Shown here one piece after another: positions 15,311-24,141 of a stretch of DNA of 36,394 nt. How positions within the stretch are numbered: the stretch's first letter is position 1; each line of letters begins with the position of its first letter. The stretch is from positions 1-36,394 of IMG/VR virus record IMGVR_UViG_3300009786_000034; one strand, given 5' to 3'. Origin of the DNA: a virus (taxonomy: Duplodnaviria; Caudoviricetes). Under the pieces are notes generated by a model. That model saw only the letters and a list, made by a program, of their open reading frames with translations, searched no databases and was not told where the DNA came from. Position numbers and translations under genes: made by a program.

Positions 15311-17761
15311 CTACTTGGTGATTGTCTTTTTTATTTTTTTTGGAACAACTGTGACTTCGGGGCCTCTCGTTGAGATTTGAAAATCCTTTTCTCCACTCAT
15401 CAAGAAGGGGGCCAACTTATTTTCAATTTCTTCTTGAATGAGTCGTCTAATGGGCCTCGCTCCATCATTTTGTTCTTCGGTTTTTTTTGCTAAAATTGTC
15501 CGCACTCGTGGTAATATTTTAAGTTTAACATCTGATTTCCCAAGTTTTCTTTTTAAATGGGCCAGTTCTAAACTTACAATCTTTTTTAATTCTTCTTCTC
15601 CAAACTGATTGAAGACTAAAATCTCGTCAATACGATTTAGGAACTCGGGCTTGAAAAAGCGCTTAGCTTCTTTGATTACTGCCGCCGCTCCATCTTCTTC
15701 AGTTTTGGAGAACCCCATGCTTTTCGCATTCATAAGAGAAGCTCCTACGTTGCCTGTCAGGATCAAAATACAATTAGAAAAACTAACCTCTTTTCCGAAA
15801 CTATCTGTGAGCTTGCCTTCCTCCATTATTTGAAGAAGCATTTGATGAATAGACGTATCGGCCTTTTCAATTTCATCAAATAAGATAACCGAATAAGGAT
15901 TTTTCTTGACTTTTTCGGTAAGCTGGCCGCCCTCTTCATACCCTACATACCCAGGAGAAGAACCAACCAAGCGGGACCCTGAAATCTTTTCGGAATATTC
16001 AGACATATCTAATTGAATTAAGCAACCTTCTCCGCCAAAAGCTTCTTTGGCTAAAGCCTTGGCTAAATGGGTTTTTCCCACTCCGCTAGTACCTAGGCAC
16101 AAAAATGAGCCAAATGGTTTGTTCTTCTCCTTGAGGGCCGTATGCCCCCTAAGAAGAGAATTATAAATTTTAGTGATGGCTGCGTCTTGCCCTACAACAA
16201 TTTTTTGGAGACGATCATGGGCTCCAAGTAGCCTCTGAGAAGAAGAAGAATAAACAGAGTCTAGGGGAATTTTGGCTTTTTGAGAAAGAGCCTTAAAAAT
16301 ATTTTCCTCCGAAACCGAGAGCTTCCCTTTAGCTTTTTCTGACGCCCAGTCTATTAAGAGGGATTCGTATTCGCTGTATAGTTTCATTTGTTGGTGTTTA
16401 ATAGGGTTAACATCTCCAACAGCCTCGTCTTCTAAAAGCATAAGATCTTCTATCTTCTTTTCTAGCTCTCGCGCACGGGGAGGGCGCTTATAAAGCTTAA
16501 GTTTTGCCTTGGCTCCCGCATGATCCATTAAATCTAAAGCTTTATCGGGAAATCGCTTATCTCCCATGTATTTATCGCTTAAATGCACACAAAGCCGCAG
16601 TAAATCATCGGAGTATTTAATTCCATGAAATTCTTCGTAATAAGGGCGAGCTCCTTTAAGTATCTCGAGAGTATTTTCTAACGACGGTTCTTCTACTTTT
16701 ATTACCTGAAACCGCCTATCTAAAGCTCCATCTTTGGCGATGGTTTTTTTATGTTCTTCAAATGTCGTAGCCCCAATGCAAACAACCTCTCCCCTCGCAA
16801 GCGCGGGCTTTAAGAGATTAGCTGCATCCATAGTACCCTCGGCACTTCCCGCTCCCACTAAAGTATGGATCTCGTCAACAAAAAGAATGACACGCTCGTT
16901 GGTGGACGCCGCCTTGATTAGTTTTTTAAGTCGCTCTTCAAATTGTCCTCTATATTTAGTGCCCGCCACCAACAGGCCCATATCTACCCCATAAATAACT
17001 TTATTTAATAAAAATTCAGGAGCTTCTCCGCTGACGATACGCTGAGCTAAACCTTCGACAACAGCTGTTTTTCCTACTCCTGGATCTCCCAGTAGAATAG
17101 GGTTGCTCTTCTTCCTCTTACATAATACTTCCGCGACTTCCTTGACTTCTTCATCCCTACCAATAAGAGGGTCGAGCTTATCATTGCTGGCTAATTCATT
17201 AAAATTAATAGAGAACTTGGTTAAATCTCCCAACCGTAAATCATGATCCGCCGCAGGAATCTCGAGCACATCCTCCTCAGCCCCTTGCTCTAAGGGGCTC
17301 TCCGATAGGTCGTCGTCTAAAAAACGCCTTTTCATTGTCGCCGCCATCAGATTAGGGTCTACTCCTGCAGCTACAATATATTGATAAAGCGGAGAATTTT
17401 TATATTGAAAAAGTGCTAAAAAAATATGTTCTACTCCTACGTACCCGTGGTCAAGCCTTTCTGCTATCTTTACCGCAATTGTAAGCGCCTCCTGCGCCTT
17501 TTGAGAGAAAGATAATGCCGCCGTCCTCTCTCCAATAAAATTCTCGTCCTTATCAATAAGAGAAAGCAGGTAAAGCTGCAGCTCTGCTGGATCAAGCTTC
17601 ACTCCGCGAAGGGTGTGAGTAACCACGATAGCCTGCACCTCAAGGATGCCATAACACAAGTGGGCGATAGAGATAATTTCTCTATTACTCTCACGAGCGG
17701 CTAATTTAGCGATTTGTAAGGCTTCTTGCGCTCGAGGCGTAAAATTAGGCTTTGTCTCCAT
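15311..17761 (-). CDS. clpC: ClpC/ClpA-like ATP-dependent Clp protease ATPase subunit
   Basis: Double Clp-N repeat; NBD1 GDPGVGKT/LFVDEIH; short middle coiled coil; NBD2 GTSGVGKT/ILFDEIEKA; GYVG pore loop; MGF ClpP-docking tripeptide. Confidence 0.92.
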   Translation of the reverse strand: METKPNFTPRAQEALQIAKLAARESNREIISIAHLCYGILEVQAIVVTHTLRGVKLDPAELQLYLLSLIDKDENFIGERTAALSFSQKAQEALTIAVKIAERLDHGYVGVEHIFLALFQYKNSPLYQYIVAAGVDPNLMAATMKRRFLDDDLSESPLEQGAEEDVLEIPAADHDLRLGDLTKFSINFNELASNDKLDPLIGRDEEVKEVAEVLCKRKKSNPILLGDPGVGKTAVVEGLAQRIVSGEAPEFLLNKVIYGVDMGLLVAGTKYRGQFEERLKKLIKAASTNERVILFVDEIHTLVGAGSAEGTMDAANLLKPALARGEVVCIGATTFEEHKKTIAKDGALDRRFQVIKVEEPSLENTLEILKGARPYYEEFHGIKYSDDLLRLCVHLSDKYMGDKRFPDKALDLMDHAGAKAKLKLYKRPPRARELEKKIEDLMLLEDEAVGDVNPIKHQQMKLYSEYESLLIDWASEKAKGKLSVSEENIFKALSQKAKIPLDSVYSSSSQRLLGAHDRLQKIVVGQDAAITKIYNSLLRGHTALKEKNKPFGSFLCLGTSGVGKTHLAKALAKEAFGGEGCLIQLDMSEYSEKISGSRLVGSSPGYVGYEEGGQLTEKVKKNPYSVILFDEIEKADTSIHQMLLQIMEEGKLTDSFGKEVSFSNCILILTGNVGASLMNAKSMGFSKTEEDGAAAVIKEAKRFFKPEFLNRIDEILVFNQFGEEELKKIVSLELAHLKRKLGKSDVKLKILPRVRTILAKKTEEQNDGARPIRRLIQEEIENKLAPFLMSGEKDFQISTRGPEVTVVPKKIKKTITK

Positions 17762-17771
17762 CTGTTATTAT

Positions 17772-17777
17772 ATACAC
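17772..17777 (-). promoter_or_regulatory. GTGTAW motif
   Basis: GTGTAT 10 nt before the clpC ATG. Confidence 0.55.
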
Positions 17778-20362
17778 TATTTAATGTCGCTTAATTTCAT
17801 GAAAATTCTCTCATCTATTATTGAAAGGTTCTCCATAAATAAAATATCCTCTCCTTTTCGGGCAGAGAAAACAATAATGCTCTCTTTCTTTGGCATCTTG
17901 TTGTTACTTAAAAAATTGTCTACCCGATTATTCTGCTTCCAGCCCCCATCAGTTCTTTGCCTGCCATTAAGAAGCATAGCGTCTACGGAAGCGGTTTCAT
18001 CGGTTAGGGAAAATTTAATGTAATCATTTCCATTGCGGCTTCTGCGTTTAATGAGGTCCGAGATGACGGCAATAAACCGTCCTGGGGATCCCTCGTCAAG
18101 GTTAACTGAATGAAGTAAATTATCTAATTTCTGACCTTCAAAAACCTCCGTAAGGCGGTGCGTATAACTATAGCCTAGCAACTTCCTCTCGAAAAACCAG
18201 TTCGCAAACTTTTCCTGTTTTCTATTCTGATTATAAATCTCGCGATAAGGCATGTACTTTTTCTTGAAGGTGCCAAATCTTTTCTCCGACATTAAAATTT
18301 TTGCATCGTCTCCGAGTATCTTGCTCTTTAATACATCGGCAATTGAATCTAATAACTTATAACTATATTTTTCTCCTAACTCTACGAAATTTCTTTTCTC
18401 CCTATCTGTTAAAACATTAAAAGCCTGAGCCTCTAGCACTAGAAGTGAGCGGCTACCCTCTGAGCACGAAGACATGGCTCCCGCTTGAATTAGGGCAGAT
18501 AAGGTTCCGATGTTTAAGCCTGCACTTTTAGCGGTTAAAAAGATATCATATTTAGTTGCCCTGTCTGAATCCCTAAAGTCTTTAAGGTTTTGAAGAGACT
18601 TTTCACTAATCCCCTTAATGCTATTTAATCCATACCTAATATTAGAACCCTCTATAGTAAAATCCATATCGGATTTTATAAGATCAGGAGCGAAAAGCTT
18701 AATGTTAAAATGCGGTAGTTCTTGTGTGATCCTACAAATTTCATCATAGGGCGCAGGCTCAAACTTTGTCATTCGTAATAGCGAGCGGAAAAATTGAAGC
18801 GGGTATTTGAATTTTAAATAAGTAGTCCATGCCGCGAGAGTAGAGTAGGCAATGGAATGGCTTTTATTGAATGAGTAATTGGCGCTATCTTCTGCAACGC
18901 TCCATAATACATCACCGACTTCGTGAGGTAAATTATTTTCTATAATCTTTTGTTCAATCTTCTCCTTCCACAGAGACATCTCTTCAACCTTTTTCTTTCC
19001 GACAATACGGCGTAGCTGTTCTGACTCGTCAAGACTGAAACCTACTTTAACCGCCATCTTCATGAGCTGTTCTTGGTAGAGAGGAATACCTCCTGTATAG
19101 GATAGAACGTCATCAAAAAAGGGATGGATGCTTTGGGTTTCTCCTGTGGTAGCATACTTAGTATAACTATCCAAAAAATCTAAGGCACCTGGCCGACCGA
19201 TTGCAATCACCGCGCTGAGATCTTCAAGAGTCTTGGGCTTAACTTTTTTACATACTTTAAAATTAGTGTCTGCCTCGATTTGAAACAGTCCATGAGGACA
19301 GCGCAGGTCTTTTGCTAGCGGCTCAAAAACACTTTTATCGTCTAAGGAAATATCATCTACACTAATGCCAATTTCATCACACACGTCATAAATAACGCTT
19401 AAGGTTCTTAACCCTAGAATATCAAACTTAACCATTAACTCTGCCACCCAATTCATATCGTAACCGCTTACTAAGCCTCCATCACTAGTGCGTTGGAGTG
19501 GACAAATATCTTCTAGCTTTTGATGGGAAATCGCTATACCTGAAGGATGAACTCCTGTATTTTTATTAAGCCCTTCTAGCTTCTGCGCTACCTCATAAAC
19601 GTCAGTATTTTCTGCTACCCACGCCTCAAATTTCTCGCTCTCTAATACCGAATCTAATAAGGGGGCCACCTTGCCAAACTTTTTAGGGATAAAATCACTA
19701 ACAATATTGACATCCTGTTCTGAATAAAAGCCTACAATTTTACCGCACTCTTTAATGCAAAGCTTACTGCTTAGGGTGTTTAGTGTTAAAATATTACAAG
19801 TCCGCGCGGGATACCTCTGTTCAATGAACTTTACTACTTGAGACCTTTTCTCGTAGGAAATATCGTTATCAATATCCGCCAACAATGAGCCATCTAGATA
19901 AGTTAACCCATCCTTCCCTTCGATTTTCTTGGCTCGACTTTTGCTTACAAAGCGCTCGAAATATAAATCATATTTAACTGGGTCAATATTAGTGACCCCA
20001 ATCAAGTATAAAACAAGAGAACCTGCTGCTGATCCACGGCCTGGGCCTGTGGGGATATCATTTTCCTCGCAAAAGTTATGTACATCCCAATTAAGAAGGA
20101 TGTAATCTATAAAGCCAAGGTCTTCCAGAATATCCAGCTCTTCCTTGGCCCTCTCATAATAAGCGTCTTTATTTTTAAAATGATTAATCTCCCGTTTTTT
20201 AATGCCCTCCCAGCATAAACGCTTAAGAAAATCAAAGTTAGAAATGCTCTCTTCTACGCCTAAAGAAGTATAAAATCTTTTTTCTATTTTAATCTCAGGT
20301 AATCTTACTCCTGCGGGACAGGCATCCTCATAGCCTGCGAATGATTTAAAAAATTCGCTCAT
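17777..20362 (-). CDS. dnaE: DNA polymerase III alpha catalytic core lacking the N-terminal PHP domain
   Basis: GPGRGSAAGSLV, FERF, DIDND, HPSG, KFDILGL, YQEQ, YSFNKSH, C-terminal OB-like segment; ATG at 20362 overlaps the exonuclease stop. Confidence 0.93.
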   Translation of the reverse strand: MSEFFKSFAGYEDACPAGVRLPEIKIEKRFYTSLGVEESISNFDFLKRLCWEGIKKREINHFKNKDAYYERAKEELDILEDLGFIDYILLNWDVHNFCEENDIPTGPGRGSAAGSLVLYLIGVTNIDPVKYDLYFERFVSKSRAKKIEGKDGLTYLDGSLLADIDNDISYEKRSQVVKFIEQRYPARTCNILTLNTLSSKLCIKECGKIVGFYSEQDVNIVSDFIPKKFGKVAPLLDSVLESEKFEAWVAENTDVYEVAQKLEGLNKNTGVHPSGIAISHQKLEDICPLQRTSDGGLVSGYDMNWVAELMVKFDILGLRTLSVIYDVCDEIGISVDDISLDDKSVFEPLAKDLRCPHGLFQIEADTNFKVCKKVKPKTLEDLSAVIAIGRPGALDFLDSYTKYATTGETQSIHPFFDDVLSYTGGIPLYQEQLMKMAVKVGFSLDESEQLRRIVGKKKVEEMSLWKEKIEQKIIENNLPHEVGDVLWSVAEDSANYSFNKSHSIAYSTLAAWTTYLKFKYPLQFFRSLLRMTKFEPAPYDEICRITQELPHFNIKLFAPDLIKSDMDFTIEGSNIRYGLNSIKGISEKSLQNLKDFRDSDRATKYDIFLTAKSAGLNIGTLSALIQAGAMSSCSEGSRSLLVLEAQAFNVLTDREKRNFVELGEKYSYKLLDSIADVLKSKILGDDAKILMSEKRFGTFKKKYMPYREIYNQNRKQEKFANWFFERKLLGYSYTHRLTEVFEGQKLDNLLHSVNLDEGSPGRFIAVISDLIKRRSRNGNDYIKFSLTDETASVDAMLLNGRQRTDGGWKQNNRVDNFLSNNKMPKKESIIVFSARKGEDILFMENLSIIDERIFMKLSDIK

Positions 20363-20997
20363 AGCTCCACCTCCCACAACTGGCGCCTAAAAATCTTATA
20401 ATTCATCTTTACATCGTAAATAGCGTCATGAAGTTTTTTGGGGTCAAACTTTAAATCATAAGATTTACATAGCGCAGTGATACTAGCCTTCATTCCTCTC
20501 TCTCTAAAAGAAGTAAGCTTATATTGCCAAGACAAAAGGTTTTCTTTAGGAGGTTTCATTTCTTTATAAATTGCCTTGGCCACACATAGGGTGTCAATAA
20601 GATCAGAGAGGTAAGAGTAGTCGGGTTTCTTATTAAGGAGCTTCCTGAAAATAGAATGAATATAAACATCAAAACCTAATAAGTTATGGCCCAGCTTTAT
20701 ATAGGACGGGTCGTATAAATACTTTTCCAAAAAGTCTAAGACCTTTTCTGGCTCCACCGCTTCCTTCTCGTACTTGCGCCTGTTAAAGCCCGTAATTCGG
20801 GCGGCGTCTGCGGAGATATTTAAATCGTCCCACTTAATTAAAAAATCAAACTCTTTTTCTATCTCGTCTCCTTTACATAGAATAAATCCCAGTTGCCACG
20901 GTTTGTTGTCGAGGCTCGCTAGGTTGAGGTTGCACGTTTCAAAATCAAAGACCATATACTTTTGATTGGGCTTAAATCTTAGAAGTTCTTCTTTCAT
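20359..20997 (-). CDS. DEDDh 3'-5' exonuclease (epsilon/DnaQ-like)
   Basis: VFDFET, GHN..GFD, IDTL, HDAIYDV; start placed behind the promoter. Confidence 0.88.
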   Translation of the reverse strand: MKEELLRFKPNQKYMVFDFETCNLNLASLDNKPWQLGFILCKGDEIEKEFDFLIKWDDLNISADAARITGFNRRKYEKEAVEPEKVLDFLEKYLYDPSYIKLGHNLLGFDVYIHSIFRKLLNKKPDYSYLSDLIDTLCVAKAIYKEMKPPKENLLSWQYKLTSFRERGMKASITALCKSYDLKFDPKKLHDAIYDVKMNYKIFRRQLWEVEL

Positions 20998-21004
20998 CCT
21001 TAGT

Positions 21005-21033
21005 ATTGTACTATATTCCTTGTGGCTAGTCAA
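21005..21033 (-). promoter_or_regulatory. sigma70-like promoter
   Basis: TTGACT-17-TACAAT, 7 nt before the ATG at 20997. Confidence 0.75.
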
Positions 21034-21040
21034 TAAAATA

Positions 21041-21046
21041 GTGTAA
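21041..21046 (+). promoter_or_regulatory. GTGTAW motif
   Basis: GTGTAA 9 nt before the ATG at 21056. Confidence 0.55.
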
Positions 21047-21055
21047 TTCTATTGA

Positions 21056-21517
21056 ATGAGCGATATAAGCATTATAACTGGGGCAGCTGTCTGTATCTGC
21101 GGAGCCTTTGTCACGGGTTCCGTAGCGTTCGTTATTAAATCCTTAATGAATGATATTAGGCAGGCCGAGGTGACTGCGGAAAAGGGCATGGAATTTGTAA
21201 GATCTGAGCTTTTTGGTTTAAGGAAGTCTCTTGAGGCATTTAAGACGGAAGAGAGGCATAAGGATGATGATTTAAAAGTAGCTATTGATGGTACCAAGAA
21301 AGAACTAAGACAAGAAGCTAGGTCCGATAGAATGTATGTAGACCAAACTAAAGGTGAGCTCAAGAACGAAATGCAGAACTACTGGGGAAAGGCCGAAAAT
21401 GTTTTGGAGGCGCGACGACAGGATGTTTATATGATCCATAAAAAAATAGATGTAATCAAAGACTCGTTAAGCGAAAAGCTGGCCCACCTCAATTCCTCCC
21501 ATTCAAAAGAAAATTGA
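21056..21517 (+). CDS. membrane-anchored coiled-coil protein
   Basis: One N-terminal TM helix followed by a charged helical region. Confidence 0.75.
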   Translation: MSDISIITGAAVCICGAFVTGSVAFVIKSLMNDIRQAEVTAEKGMEFVRSELFGLRKSLEAFKTEERHKDDDLKVAIDGTKKELRQEARSDRMYVDQTKGELKNEMQNYWGKAENVLEARRQDVYMIHKKIDVIKDSLSEKLAHLNSSHSKEN

Positions 21518-21566
21518 TCGTTAGGTGGTCGCTAAAGTTTTCCTATGGGGATTTTTTTATTTTCAT

Positions 21567-21572
21567 GTGTAA
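21567..21572 (+). promoter_or_regulatory. GTGTAW motif
   Basis: GTGTAA 9 nt before the ATG at 21582. Confidence 0.55.
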
Positions 21573-21581
21573 CTATACTAC

Positions 21582-21929
21582 ATGAGCGTAAATGTAGCAT
21601 CCAGCGGAGTTTTTCTTGACATCACCAGTGATGCCACCAATCTAACTATTCCTATAGCCTCTATTCGATATGGGGGAGGGACGATAACCCAGGCAATAGC
21701 CACAGGAGATTACAGAGGACTCATGAGGGGAATACAGGAAAGTTACCATTATTTCATGACAGGAGTAGCAACAGGCACAAGTAACCCCGCTGACTTTAAT
21801 AAGCCTTCGTTTTTTGGCGACTCCCTTGGCGGCTACCAAGTTTATCAAAGCGATTATTTAAAAAGAACTTATCGGACTGACTTGTATTACGATATCATGG
21901 ACAGTCACACGATACCTGACGAGTCCTAA
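21582..21929 (+). CDS. hypothetical protein, possibly virion-associated
   Basis: 115 aa, G/S/T-rich; converges on the PHP gene with a 2-bp gap. Confidence 0.7.
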   Translation: MSVNVASSGVFLDITSDATNLTIPIASIRYGGGTITQAIATGDYRGLMRGIQESYHYFMTGVATGTSNPADFNKPSFFGDSLGGYQVYQSDYLKRTYRTDLYYDIMDSHTIPDES

Positions 21930-21931
21930 GC

Positions 21932-22660
21932 TTAAAGCCAGTCTTCAAAACAAAAAGAATCGCTTCCTTGATGGTCAAAATTAGGGACGTTTAAATCTCT
22001 GGTTTTAAATGTTCGATTACAAATACATTTATAGGTTTGGTAGGCAACAAAATCTTTTCTGTTTTTATAGAAAACGCTTTTAGTCTCCTCTATGCCATAA
22101 CAATTCCTATCACAATACGAATCTACTTTGTCTCCAACTAAGCCATCAAATGGTAAGCCATTGTCTTCTATAAAAAAGGTTGGGTCAGCGAAAGAGAAAT
22201 CAGGAGTGCAGTTAGCAAAAGACATGGCGTTATTAAAAATAAAAGAATCGTAAAAAGGTATAGCTAACTTAAGGTGATCTTCAGTCCATATATCTCGTAA
22301 GTATTCTTCTTTTAAAACTCCTTCTCCGTATCCAAAGGCATTTGTATAAATTTTATTTAATAACTTACATCCCTCTGAGTCTTTAGCGAAAACTATAACT
22401 TTGTGTTGACATGCTTCTTCATTGTCTGGCGCATTTGAAAGAGAAATTCTTAATCCAAACCTTAGTTCGAAACCATAAGTCTCGCATTTTTTACGGGCTT
22501 CGAGGAATCCAATTAAAGAATCTTCTACTAAAGCTACCTCCTTAAGGCCCCCTTCTTGGGCCAAGGCAAAGATGCTACGTTTCTTGGTGCGTTCATTAAT
22601 CTCTTCAAGAGTTAAAATACTGCGACCAATTGAATAGTGGGATTTAAATAGAGGAATCAT
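21932..22660 (-). CDS. stand-alone Pol III alpha PHP-like domain
   Basis: LFKSHYSIGRSIL, VALVED..GF, RFGLRI, HKVIVFAKDSEGCKLLNKIYT parallel the DnaE N-terminal motifs (H.HS.YS, A.TDH, I.G.E, HL.LLAK...GY.NL). Confidence 0.8.
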   Translation of the reverse strand: MIPLFKSHYSIGRSILTLEEINERTKKRSIFALAQEGGLKEVALVEDSLIGFLEARKKCETYGFELRFGLRISLSNAPDNEEACQHKVIVFAKDSEGCKLLNKIYTNAFGYGEGVLKEEYLRDIWTEDHLKLAIPFYDSFIFNNAMSFANCTPDFSFADPTFFIEDNGLPFDGLVGDKVDSYCDRNCYGIEETKSVFYKNRKDFVAYQTYKCICNRTFKTRDLNVPNFDHQGSDSFCFEDWL

Positions 22661-22666
22661 TGTGAT

Positions 22667-23062
22667 TTAAAGAATACCAGATTTTGGCAAACTGGTCAAG
22701 TATTTAATTTGGTCTCTCAACTGGCTATCCATGGGAAAGGGCAGCTCATCCCCCCGAAAATAAGCATAACCCACATGCTCTACATCTAAAACAGGATAAT
22801 ATCTAAAGAGGCTAACGTGATAAAAAAGGCAAAAATCTTTATAGACAGCGCTTCTTTGAAGATCGTCCTCGACCAAGGTGATCCTAGTCTCCTCATAGAG
22901 TTCTCTTATAGCAGCATGAACCATTCTTTCTCCGCTTTCCACGCCGCCCGCTGGCACAGACCAGTAAGAAGGCAAGACGCTAGCAGAGGGAGCTCTCTTA
23001 CATAATAAAAATTCATCAGCATATCTTAATAATACCCCTACAGCTTTATATCTTTGATTCAT
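22667..23062 (-). CDS. NUDIX hydrolase
   Basis: GGVESGE....AAIRELYEETRI Nudix box. Confidence 0.9.
   Translation of the reverse strand: MNQRYKAVGVLLRYADEFLLCKRAPSASVLPSYWSVPAGGVESGERMVHAAIRELYEETRITLVEDDLQRSAVYKDFCLFYHVSLFRYYPVLDVEHVGYAYFRGDELPFPMDSQLRDQIKYLTSLPKSGIL
22671..22699 (-). promoter_or_regulatory. sigma70-like promoter inside the 3' end of the NUDIX gene
   Basis: TTGACC-17-TATTCT, 10 nt before the PHP gene ATG. Confidence 0.6.
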
Positions 23063-24141
23063 TAACTCAAATCGAACTCGTCTTTCTTATTCCAGTGTGG
23101 GCAACCTTCATATTCTCTTAACTCTATACTGTCCCCTTCTTCTTTAAGAGCCTCCAAGGACAACTCGTCCCCCTCAAAAACACCACGCTTGACTTCTCCA
23201 GCCGAATTAACTAAGGCATAATAAGACATTGGACGTCTAAAGGGACAAATATAAGCTGGGATTTTATTTCCATTTTGATCTAGCAAATGCTCTCCTCTAA
23301 ATTTCTTAAACCCCTCCTTGCCGCAGGAAAGAGGCCCCCCAAAGGAACCATCCTTTGGGTAGGGTTTTGTTGCCGCAAAACTAGCTACGGCTTTCGTGGG
23401 TGTGTAATCATTAAGGTATTTAGTGATCTCCGTTAAGTGGTACTCAAAACCCTCTAGCTCTTCGTCTCCAATCGATTCCATCTCGAGCAAACCTTTTTGA
23501 GGCGTTCCCAATAAATCCTCGCCAAGAGGAAAGCGAAGAAACAAAAACTCGGAATTTCTTTTCTTATATTTGGGGTATAATTTTTTAATAGCCAAAGAAT
23601 ACATTAAGTCTTGAAGGTTATCTGTAAGGTCTTTACCCTTAAATACTTGCTTGCTGGTTTTGAAGTCGCGAATAACAGCGTGTTTGTTATAGAGAAACAG
23701 CTTATCAATAAAGCCTTTAATTCTATAATTTTTATCTCCATCCTCCACGACTAGATCGAAATCCTTTTCTGAAATCGCCTCCTTGGGCTTGGTCTTAACT
23801 CCTCCAAAAAAGTCATACTTTAAACCCTTGAGGGCCATCTCATCCATATCAACTAAAGCTTCTTCGTAATTAACTCCTAGGCGATTGGCGTGGATAGTTA
23901 CCAACCTCTCAAGAGCGTTGGAAGCATAAATACTTCCTTCCTTTAATGCCTTCTTCAGGTGAAAAGCATGCTTTTCTGCCCCAAGTAATTCAAAAACCAA
24001 ATGGCAAATCCAGCCCTTAGAAGCCCCTTCGTTGGTCGCTTCTGGGAGCTTTAAGATATACTTGCAAAAATAAGTCCAGCTACAATTTTGTGCGGTCTTA
24101 ATTCTGCTGGCCGAAAGAGGGGTTAATTTTTGTTTACTCAT
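23062..24141 (-). CDS. PD-(D/E)XK nuclease, RecB/AddB/Cas4-like exonuclease
   Basis: LSASRI...C, G..CH..FE, GFIDKL, DFKTSK, Q..MY, C-terminal Cys residues. Confidence 0.82.
   Translation of the reverse strand: MSKQKLTPLSASRIKTAQNCSWTYFCKYILKLPEATNEGASKGWICHLVFELLGAEKHAFHLKKALKEGSIYASNALERLVTIHANRLGVNYEEALVDMDEMALKGLKYDFFGGVKTKPKEAISEKDFDLVVEDGDKNYRIKGFIDKLFLYNKHAVIRDFKTSKQVFKGKDLTDNLQDLMYSLAIKKLYPKYKKRNSEFLFLRFPLGEDLLGTPQKGLLEMESIGDEELEGFEYHLTEITKYLNDYTPTKAVASFAATKPYPKDGSFGGPLSCGKEGFKKFRGEHLLDQNGNKIPAYICPFRRPMSYYALVNSAGEVKRGVFEGDELSLEALKEEGDSIELREYEGCPHWNKKDEFDLS

Noticed and set aside
17777-22660. Split intein or intron joining the DnaE pieces
   Set aside because: I could not recognise intein terminal motifs or a homing endonuclease, and each piece has its own start context.
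23062-24141. Cas4 as part of a CRISPR-Cas system
   Set aside because: There is no array or other cas gene. The location next to primase and helicase fits a replication/recombination exonuclease.
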